Shown here piece after piece: positions 25,960 through 36,996 of a stretch of DNA of 64,000 bases. This DNA comes from Centroscyllium fabricii (taxonomy: Eukaryota), in NCBI GenBank assembly GCA_051313645.2, contig JBNRSN020000012.1, positions 177,444,001-177,508,000 on the forward strand, given 5' to 3'. The notes under the pieces are model-generated. The model had not been told where the DNA came from. It saw only the letters and a list, made by a program, of their open reading frames with translations, and did no database searches. The position numbers and the translations under genes are program-made. Within the stretch, counting starts at the first letter, position 1. Every line of letters starts with the position of its first letter.

Positions 25960-26635
25960 TCAGGTAACAAAAAAAGGCTAATGGAATGCTGGCCTTTATA
26001 TCTGGAGGACTAGAGTACAAGGGGTAGAAGTTATGCTGCAGCTGTACAAAGCCCTGGTTAGACCACACCTGGAGTACTGGGAGCAGCTCTGGGCACCGCA
26101 CCTTAGGAAGGAGATATTGGCCTTGGAGGGAGTACAGCGTAGATTTACCAGAATGATACCGGGACTCCAAGGGTTAAATTACGAGAGCGATTACACAAAC
26201 TAGGGTTGCATTTCCTGGAGTTTAGAGGGTTAAAGGGTGATTTAATCGAAGTTTTAAAGATATCAAGGGGAACTGATAGGGTAAATAGAAATAAACTATT
26301 TCCGCTGTTTGGGGAGTCTAGGACTAGGGGACATGGCCAAAAACTTAGAGCCAGGCCTTTCAGGAGTCAAGTTAGGAAACACTTCCACATTCAAAGGGTG
26401 GTTGAAGTTTGGAACTCTCTTCCACAAATGGCAATTGATGCGAGATAAATTGTTAATTATCATCAGAGATTGATAAATTTCTGTTAACGAAATATATTAA
26501 GGGATATGGGGCAAAGGCGGGTATGTGAAGTTAGTTCACCGATCAGCCATGATCTCATTGAATGGCGGAACAGGCTCGAGATGCTAAACGGTCTACTCCT
26601 ATTCCTATGTTCCTATATTCCTTTGTTCCTATGTC
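25960..26635 (+). mobile_element. Degenerate CR1 LINE 3' fragment
   Basis: Homologous to 23120-23767 (KKANGMLAFI, LEFRGLKGDLIEV). Tail CCTATGTT-like repeats. Confidence 0.88.
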
Positions 26636-27094
26636 CATCCCCCCAACAAACCAATTATCCTGATTTAAAAGGTAATGCAGCCCAGAGCATTATTTCAAGG
26701 ATGTAATATATCCCAGCTTCAGGGGATGTTGATAAAGCGCTCAAGCTTCAAGTATGGGCTCCTGATAGTAATGCTGGTGCGATGCTGAACCACATGAATC
26801 AGCAATGTCCCAGGATGGACCTCTGGTCTCTGATGAATTAGCTGATCCTGCTATGATGGTGAGAGGGACATTACAGGTATTTCAATGTCCTCAGACTAGG
26901 GAGGAGAAAAGTCATTCAAGATTCACTCTCCGATCATCATCTTTGTTGTTACATTTGTGTATGTTTGTGCATGCGAGTGTGTGTATGTGTGTATGTACGC
27001 TTGTGTGTGCATATATGCTCATGTGTGTATACGGTCATGTGTGGCAGTGTATATGCTTGTGTGCATGTTTATGCTCGTCTGTGTGTGTGGACAC

Positions 27095-28430
27095 CCAACA
27101 TGGCTTCATAAAAAGGAGGTCATGTCTTTCAAACCGAATTGTATTTTTTGAAGAAGTTACAAATTTGATGGATGAGGGAAGCCCAGTAGACGTTGTCTAC
27201 TGGACTTCCAAAAAGCTTTTGATAAGGTATCGCACAAGATTGAAGCCTCTGATATTCGTGGTAATATATTGAGCTGGATTGAGAATTGGCTGGCAGGATG
27301 TAGGCAAAAGTAGTTGTAGATGGATTTCTATCTGTTTGGGGTGTGATATCCTGCAGGGATCAATAGTGGGACCATTGCTTTTTACTATTTTTATTAATGA
27401 TCTGGATGTAGGTGTTGGGGGCATGATCTGTGAATTTGCAGCTGGTACTAAGATCTGTGAGAGTGTTAGGGCTATAGATGATGCTTCAGGCAGATCTTGA
27501 TGTGTTGGGAGATTGAGCTCATGACTGGCAAATGATGTTTAATTTGGAGAAGTGCAGTGTTTGCTTGTGGGCAGGCCAAATACTCAACAAACATACACCC
27601 TTCAGTGAAAACCATTAAAGAAGGTGGAGAAAGAAAGAGATCTGGGCGTTCTAGTGCTTTCATCTCTAAAGGTACACGAGCAATGCCAGGAAGCAATAGC
27701 TAGAGTGAATAAAGGTGTTGGGGTGCATGCATAGGAAAATTGATTATAAGACAAAGCGTACTATTTTGTTGTTGTACAAGACTTTGGTCAGGCCTCAGTT
27801 GGATTACTTTGTTCAGTTTTGTTCTCCTCATGTGGTGGGTGATATTGAGGCTTTGGAAAGGGTGCAGAGGAGAAGCCACTAGACTTATTCCCAGTTTAAA
27901 GCATCTCACTTATAAAGATAGGCTGAAAGAGTTGGGACGCTACACTTTGGAGAAGCGTAGACTTAAGGGTGATCTGATCGAGATTTATGATGATGAAGGG
28001 AATAGATTGTGTTCCAATTGAGTGTTTATTCCAATTAAATAGGTTAGGGAGGACCAGGGTTGACAATTTTAAGTTGTCTAATGCCAGATCTGGGTTAGAT
28101 GTCAGATGGTGGTTATTTTCCCAGAGAATAATGGACCTCTGGAACAGGATGCCAGCTCGTGCAGTGGACGACAATTCACTGAATTTCTTCCAGTGAGAGC
28201 TGGACCTGTTTCTGGCTGGGGAGGACATCACCTCTTACAAAAAAGTAGGTACTTCAGGGAATTCAGAGCCAGAGTGATCTCCTGGACTAATTTTGATCGC
28301 CTAGATTGGCCTGAGTTTTTAAATGTTTATTTGCCTCTCCTAGGAGATCACATGGCTTCGGGATGGGGTGTCTATACATTGTGAGGTACCACAATTGTCT
28401 TTTCCTGTCCGTTATTGCTCGTATGTTCAT
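27095..28430 (+). mobile_element. Old, heavily mutated CR1 LINE flanked by degenerate (TG)n tracts (26955-27090, 28420-28495)
   Basis: Fragments QHGFIKRRSCL, LQGSIVGPLLFTIFINDLD and LEKRRLKGDLIE lie in shifting frames. Confidence 0.82.
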
Positions 28431-31400
28431 GTGTGTTAGCGAATATGCTTGTGTGTGTGTGTGCATACACCTGTGTATATATATACTCGTGTGAGTAAAA
28501 GTTGGGTGAGGACAGGTTCAGGGCCAGCTGCAATGCTCCCCTCTCTCTAGTAGTGGAAGAGCCCAGCAACAGTTACTGTCTGGCCTCAAAGCTGAAGCAC
28601 AACCATTTGGGCGAGAAACTGGAGGGATGCGAATGCCAGGGTAAGTCATTCCCTGCAGAGGAGGATTCGATAAAAATCAGGATTACACAGCTTCATTCTT
28701 GCATTTTCTGAACCCAGCTGTGTTATTCCCACATGCCTCACCTCACTTTGGGTGTTGCCGTGCCCTTATAGTTGGGAGATACACTCTTACACAGTTGGTA
28801 CACACATTTGGCAGTGACTTTCGGACTCCTCCTTCCCATGGATGCGATTTGAGTGTCCCGATAATGGTTCTGTGACAGCCTGCAATCGTTGCTAATGGCC
28901 CAGGTGACTGAGTCAATGGGTCATTTTCACACAGCTACCGTGACCTGCTGAAGTGGCAAGAAAGGGAAATGCAAATCAAAAAATAAAACTGGACAGAGGC
29001 CGACTTCTAAATGAATGATTTCACCAGTGGCTCCGACTCCCCCTTCTCCTCCCTGTGGTAACCGTAATTACCAGTGTATATATATGGATGTGTTCACCTT
29101 CAACTCTGTACATTCTGTGCAAGGCCAGGTCAGCCACACCTCTAACTCCTCCCCTCAGGTGGGAGCATATAGGTGAGGGCCGCCCTGCCCCCGCTCAATC
29201 TCGCCTTGAACTCGACAGGAGACTAGCTCCATTGTAAGTGAATAAAAGCCTGTAGTTTGGGTAACTACTCGTCTTTCGTGTTTGATTGACGATACGTCAA
29301 TTTTATTCACTTAAATTTAAAACATGGAGAGTAACGCAGTGAAACCGGATCGCCTCGATATCAATCCTCAGGCACCCAATGCTGCTAACAACTTAGAATA
29401 CTGGTTCGGCCTGGTCGAGGCCTACATGAAGGCCGTAAAGGCTACAAGTGATGAGGACAAACTCCAGGTACTCTCATCACGGATCAGCGGCCGGGTGTAT
29501 TCCTTTATCCGCGGCCTCAAGATGTACGGGGAAGCGGTGAAGAAACTAAAGGACTGCTACATGCGCCCGGTCCACTCGGTCTATGCCAGGCATGTTCTGG
29601 CGACCAGACGACAACGACTCAGTGAGTCCAATGAACAGTTCTTACTAGCGCTTCAAGCCCTCGCACGGGCCTGCGACTGCCAGCCAAGGACGGCGGAGGA
29701 AGAAGCGAACCTCCTAATACGGGATGCATATGTGGCTGGACTCAGGTCCAGCCAGGCCCGCCAACGGCTGCTGGAGCAGGACACACTGTCGCTCGGGTCC
29801 ACAATAACTCTTTCAAATGTGGTGGACGGAGCGCTCCGAAAGCTGGAGGTGTACGGAGACCACGGCCTACACGATACCCCTGACCCCTGGGCAACACCGC
29901 GACAGGCCGAGACCCCCATGATGGCAGCGGCGGCTGCGAAGACACCGGCGGGGCACAGATTTTACTTCTGCGGCCAAGGGAAGCACCCGCGGGCGCAGTG
30001 CCCCGCAAGGAAGGTGAACTGCGAGCGGTGCGCGAAGAAGGGGCACTACGCGAAGGTGTGCAAGTCCAGCCCAGCCTCCATCTCCAGACCCAGCGGCCTG
30101 TGAAAACAGCGATGCCACTCCATGGCCCAAGGTACGGTGTTGCAGCGCGACCCAGCAGCGGTCAGCCGGGAGTAAATCGCGGGCGCCTCAGTCCCCCTTA
30201 ACTGTACGGCGGAGGCCGGCCGCGCGTGCAGCACGGGCGCCGCCACTCCAAATGCAATAGCGGACGGCCATATGCGACCCCCTTGTGCCGCCATCTTATC
30301 CTCAGCGGTCGGCCATGTGCGACCCCCCAGCACCGCCATCTCATCCACCGCGGTCCGCTGCGTGCGAACCACGGGTGACGCCATCTTATCCTCAGCAGTC
30401 GGCCATGTGCGACCCCCCAGCACCGCCATCTTGTCCACCGCGGTCGGCCGCGTGCGAACCACGGGCGCCGCCATCTTGTCCACCGCGGTCCGCCACGTGC
30501 GAACCACGGGCGCCGCCATCTTATCCACCGCGGTCGGCTGCGTGCGAACCACGGGCGTCACCATCTTGTCCACAGCAGCCAGACTCGAGCGCATTGCCAG
30601 CGCCGCCATCTAACGAGCGGCCATCTTGCCAACTGCCCCGGCTGGGGCCCCAGCTAGTGGAGGGCCCCCACTCACACACATACACCTCGGCCTCAGCCAC
30701 TGTCGATCAGGCTAGGCCGCACACCTTGTCCAACTCCATGATGGGGATTAAGGTGGACGGGCACGTCACTAACTGCCTGTTCGACACCGGTAGCACAGAG
30801 AGCTTTATACACCCCGACACAGTGCGGCGCTACACACTGCGGACCCAGCCCACACACTACCAAATCTCCTTTGCCTCAAAGTCCCACACGGCGGACGTCA
30901 CCGGCTACTGCAGCATCACGCTCACGATCAGGAACTGCATTGACCGCAGCTTGAAGTTGTACATCCTCCAGCAGTTGTGTGCCCCAGTCTTACTGGGACT
31001 GGATTTCCAGTGCCACCTGAAGAGCGTGACGATGGATTTCGGTGGAACCCTGGCCCCACTCATCGTCAGTAGCCGGGACAATCCCTACTTAAAGCGGTGC
31101 TCGACTTGCGGCCTGTCCACATTAAAAGTCGACCCCCCTTCACTGTTCGCCAATCTCGACCCCAAATTCAAGCCCATTGCTACTAAATGTCGGCGTTACA
31201 GTGCAGGGGACCGGGCGTTTATCAGGTCAGAAGTCGGGCGTATGCTGCAAGAAGGGATCATTGAGGCCAGCACCAGCCCTTGGCGGGCCCAGGTAATAGT
31301 GGTTAAGACGGGCGAGAAACTGCGCATGGTCATTGACTATAGCGAGACGATTAACCGCTACACCGGGCTCGACGCCTACCCCCTCCCCCGCATCTCGGAT

Positions 31401-31759
31401 ATGGTAAACCAGATCGCCCAGTACAAGGTCTTTTCCACAATTGACCAACTCCCCATCCGGAAATCCGACCGCCAGTACACCGCCTTCGAGGCGAACGGCC
31501 GGCTCTACCACTTCCTCCGGGTCACCTTCGGTGTGACCAACGGAGTGTCGGTGTCCCAGAAGGGATGGACCGTATGGTTGACCAGAACGGGTTGCAGGCC
31601 ACCTTCCCCTACCTGGACAACGTGACCATCTGCGGCCATGACCAGCAGAACCATGATGCCAACCTCGCCAAATTCCTGCACAAGGCAAAACGGCTGGATC
31701 TCACGTACAATAAAGACAATTGTGTCTTTAGTACGGATCGGCTCGCTATCCTTGGATAC

Positions 31760-34700
31760 TGTGGTAACCGTTATTGTACATAGTTTTACCACCACAATAT
31801 TGTTGCCAATATTGCCTGTATAAGATAACCATGTTGCAACACTGTCGTGGAGCCGGGTCAGCCACACCTCTAACTCCTCCCCCAGGTGAGGCCCTTTATA
31901 GGTGAGGACTGACCGGGCTCACTCATTCTGTTCCTGTTTGTTCGTTCGGAGTATAGCTCCAAAGTAAGTCAATAAAAGCCTGTAGTTTAAGGTCACCACT
32001 CGTCTTTGACTTTATTGAGTAAATTGACGATACGTCAATTTTATTGACTTAAAAATTTGAAATGGAGAGCGGCGCGGTAAAGCCAGAGAAGCTGGACACC
32101 AGTCCACAGGACCCAGCCGCCGCCACTACGTTCGAACACTGGTTCGGTCTCCTGGAGGCCTACATGGACGCCGCCAAGGCTACAACCGACGGGAACAAAC
32201 TACAAGTTCTCCGGTCTAGGATCTCCAGCCGAGTATTCTCCCTCATCCGAGACGCCAAAACCTACCCAGTGGCTGTGGAAAAACTGCGGAAATGCTACGA
32301 GCGCCCGGTCCACTCGGTCTACGCCAGACATGTGCTCGCGACCAGACCACAACTGCCGGGTGAGTCCAACGAACAATTCGAGCAGGCACTCCAGGCCCTG
32401 GTACGGGTCTGTGGCTGCCAACCACGGACAGCAGAGGAGGAGGCGAATCTTCTCATCCGTGATGCCTACGTAACAGGCCTAAGGTGCGTTGAGGCCCGCC
32501 AGCGGCTGCTTGAGAAAGACTCTTTAACCTTAGAGGAGGCGATCTCCATATCGAACTCGGTAGAAGGGGCACACAACAAGCTGCAGGCGTACAGCGGCTC
32601 AAACCCGCAGGTCTATGATGCGTGGGCCGCGCCACAACGGGCCCAGGCCTGGGCAGCACAACAACGGGTCAAGACCCCCACGATGGCAGCGACAGCCGCA
32701 AAGGTGCAGGCGGACAGACGGTGCTACTTCTGCAGCCAGGGACTGCATCCACGGGCGAGATGCCCAGCGAAGACCGCGACCTGTGAGAGGTGCTCCAAAA
32801 AGGGACACTATGCGAAGGCCTGCAGATCAGCACCAGCAGCGCCCAACTCCAGGTACAACAGCGCAGCCTGTGAAAGCTCCACCAGGCCTCAGGTAAGCTG
32901 CAATAGCAGCGCGATCCAGCGACGGTCCGGGGGTAGAAGAAAAGCGCCCCCATCTCCCACCCTGATGCAGCAAAGGCCGGCTGCACCCAAGGCACGCCAA
33001 GCTCAGCCACGGCCAGCCAAGCGTGACCCCCCCCAACGCCAGCAGCACACCCAGCGCGGTCCGCTGCGTGCGAACCACGGGCACCGTCAACCCAACCACC
33101 ACAGCTCGCGTGCGAACCACGGGCACCACCAACCCAGCCACCGCGGCCCGCTGCGTGCGAACCACGGGCGCTGCCAGCGCGCTCACAGCGGTCAGCCGCG
33201 TGCGAACCACGGGCACCGCCATCTTGTCTCCAGCGCCCCGCCATGTGCGAACCACAGGCGTCGCCATCTTGTGTACAGCCCCAACCAGCAGGGGGCCCCC
33301 ACACACAGATGCACACTTCGGCCTCAGCCATACCTAAAGTCGACCAAGCTAGGCCACACACCCTATCGAACTCGATCATGCCGATCAAAATTAACGGCCA
33401 TATTACAAATTGCCTGTTCGACACTGGAAGCACAGAGAGCTTCATCCACCCCGATACAGCGCAGCGCTACGGACTGCAGATCCTGCCCACGCGATACCAA
33501 GTCTCCCTTGCTTCACAGACCCACACCGCGGACGTCACCGGCTACTGCTCCGTCACGCTCACAGTCAAGGGTTGTGTGTACTGTAACTTTAAGTTGTACA
33601 CCCTCAAGCAGTTGTGCGCCCCAGCCTTACTAGGTCTGGATTTCCAGTGCCACCTCAAGAGCGTGACAATGGAGTTCGGCGGGACCCTGCCCCCCCTCAC
33701 CGTCAGTAGCCGGGACAGTCCCTTCCCAAAGCGGAGCCCGGCCTGCGACCTCTCCACCCTGAAAATCGACCCCCCCTCACTGTTCGCCAATCTCGACCCC
33801 AACTGCAAGCCTATTGCTACTAAGAGTCGGCGGTATAGTGTGGGGGATCGCACGTTTATTAGGTCGGAGGTCGGGCGTATGCTGAAGGAGGGGATAATTG
33901 AAGCCAGCACCAGCCCCTGGCGGGCCCAGGTAGTAGTGGTGAAGACTGGCGAGAATCAGCGGCTGGTTATCGACTACAACCAGACTATTAAACGCTACAC
34001 GAGGCTCGACGCCTCCCCCCTCCCCCGCATCTTGGACATGGTCAACCAGATCGCCCAATACAAGGTGTTCTCCACGATCGACCTTAAGTCGGCGTATCAC
34101 CAACTCGCGATCTGGAAAGCTGACCGCCCGTACACCGCCTTCGAGGCGAACGGTCGGCTCTACCACTTCCTCCGGGTCCCCTTCGGCATGACCAACGGAG
34201 TATCGGTATTCCAGCGGGAGATGGACCGCATGGTTGACCAGAACGGGTTGCGGGCCACCTTCCCTTAACTGGACAACGTGACTATCTGCGGCCATGACCA
34301 GCAGGACCACGATGCCAATCTGGCCAAATTCCTTGACACGGCGGAAAGGCTGGACCTTACGTATAACAAAGATAAATGTGTCTTTAATACAGATCGGCTC
34401 GCCATCCTCGGATACGTGGTGGAGAATGGGGTCCTCGGCCCCGACCAACAGCGTATGCGCCCATTGCAGGAACTGCCCCTTCCTCACAACCCCAAAGCCT
34501 TGAGGAGATGCCTAGGATTTTTCTCCTACTACGCACAATGGGTCCCACAGTTCGCGGGCAAGGCTAGACCACTCCTCAAGGCTGCCGTCTTCCCCCTCTC
34601 GGTAGCAGACCAAACGGCATTTGCCCGGATAAAGGAAGACATTATCAAGGCGACCATGCACGCCGTTGATGAATCCATACCTTTCCAGGTGGAGAGTGAC

Positions 34701-36530
34701 GCTTCGGACTTTGCCCTTGCCGCCATCCTGAATCAGGCAGGCAGGCCCGTAGCGTTTTTCTCCCGCACCTTACAGGGACCCGAAATTCGCCACTCTGCAG
34801 TGGAAAAGGAGGCCCAGGCCATCGTGGAGGCCGTGCGCTACTGGCGTCATTAACTATCCAGTAAGCGTTTTACCCTACTCACCTACTAACGGTCAGTGGC
34901 GTTTATGTTTAATAATAAACAAAAGGGTAAGATCAAGAATGATAAGATCCTGCGGTGGCGGATCGATCTCTCGACTTACAAGTACGACATTCTTTACCGA
35001 CCAGGTAAACTCAATGAACCCCTGGACGCACTGTCCAGGGGAACGTGCGCCAGTGCCCAGCTAGACCGGCTGAAGGATCTCCACGATCGCCTCTGTCACC
35101 CGGGTGTCACCAGACTCGCCCACTTCGTTAGATCCCGTAGACTCCCCCACTCAATCACGGAGATCAAGGCTATGACCCGAGAGTGCCCTGTTTGCGCCGA
35201 GTGCAAACCCCAATTTTTCCGGCCAGACACGGTGCTCCTCATTAAGGCCACCCGCCCCTTTGAACGTCTAAGCGTGGACTTCAAAGGCCCCCTCCCCACC
35301 ACCGACCGCAAATCTCACTTCCTCACGGTCGTAGATGAGTTCTCCCGCTTCCCCTTCGCCTTCCCCTGCCCAGATATGACGAGCGCAACGGTGATAAAAC
35401 ACTTCACCACGCTGTTCGCCATTTTCGGTCTCCCCAGCTACATTCATAGCGACCGGGCGTCATCGTTCATGAGCGATGAGCTGCGTCAGTTTCTGCTCCA
35501 GAAAGGGGTTGCCTCGAGCAGAACGACCAGTTATAACCCCCGGGGGAACGGCCAGGTAGAAAGGGAGAATGGGATCATCTGGAAGGTGGTCACCCTGGCC
35601 TTGATGTCCAGAGGCCTTCCAGTGTCCCATTGGCAGGCAGTCCTCCCAGACGCGCTGCTTTCAATACGCTCTCTGTTATGTACGGCCACCAACGCCACCC
35701 CTCATGATTTAATGTTTTCCTTTCCCAGGAAGTCGACTTCGGGGACAGCTCTTCCTACATGGCTCACGACACCGGGGCCGGTTTTCCTTAGAAAACACGT
35801 CCATGGCCACAAGACCCACCCCCTGGTGGACAAGGTGCAGCTCCTGCATGCTAACCCACAGTATGCCTACGTACACTTCCCGGACGGGCGCGAGGACACC
35901 GTCTCCATCAGGGACCTAGCGCCCGCCGGGAGCACCACAGCAGAGCAGCCCGCCCAGCCACGGTATCTCGAACACCCCCTGCACCTACAGTGGCCACCGA
36001 GGTATCCAGAGCCCCAGCCGTGGCCAGCCCAAGACCACCATTCCGATGGCTCGGATCAACCGATACCACCAGCATCTGAAGTTTCGGCACCAGCGCCACT
36101 GTCACCACCACCGGACCCGAGAGGGACGGACCAGAACGAACTTCTGCCAGAACCCCGGCGGTCCTCCAGACAAACGCGACCGCTGGACAAACTTATAATG
36201 AACTGCTCTGTCCATTCACCCCGCTGGACTTAAATTTTCAAGAAGGGGTGAATGTGGTAACCGTTATTGTACATAGTTTTACCACTACAATATTGTTGCC
36301 AATATTGCCTGTATAAGATAACCATGTTGCAACACTGTCGTGGAGCCGGGTCAGCCACACCTCTAACTCCTCCCCCAGGTGAGGCCCTTTATAGGTGAGG
36401 ACTGACCGGGCTCACTCATTCTGTTCCTGTTTGTTCGTTCGGAGTACAGCTCCAAAGTAAGCCAATAAAAGCCTGTAGTTTAAGGTCACTACTCGTCTTT
36501 GACTTTATTGAGTAAATTGACGATACGTCA
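31760..36530 (+). mobile_element. Element E: full-length Mag-like Gypsy retrotransposon nested in the RT of D
   Basis: LTRs 31760-32037 and 36253-36530. Perfect TSD GATAC. Gag from 32062; PR-RT-RH-IN 33243-36233 with a few stops. Confidence 0.94.
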
Positions 36531-36996
36531 GATACGTGGTGGAAAACGGTGTCCTCGGCCCCGACCCACAGCGTATGCGCCCCTTGCAAGAGCTGCCCTT
36601 ACCTCACAACCACAAAGCCCTGAGGAGATGTCTAGGGTTCTTTTCTTATTACGCGCAATGGGTTCCCCAGTACGCGATAAGGCCAGACCTCTCCTCAAGG
36701 CCGACGTCTTCCCCCTCTCGGAAGAAGCCCAAACGGCATTCGCTCGGATTAAGGAAGACATCATCAAGGCGACCATGCACGCCATTGATGAGTCCATCCC
36801 TTTCCAGGTGGAGAGTGACGCTTCGGACTTCGGCCTTGTCGCCACCCTGAACCAGGCAGGCAGGCCCGTAGCGTTTCTCTCCCGGACCCTACAGGGCCCC
36901 GAAACTCGCCACTCAGCAATGGAAAAGGAGTCCCAGGCCATCGTGGAGGCAGTGCACTACTGGCGTCATTACCTGGCCGGTAAGCATTTTACCCTG

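Noticed and set aside
29324-31625. Programmed gag-pol frameshift in the Mag-like elements
   Set aside because: Frame breaks fall at different places in different copies, B has gag-PR-RT in one frame, and D's break matches a small deletion relative to H; best explained as decay.
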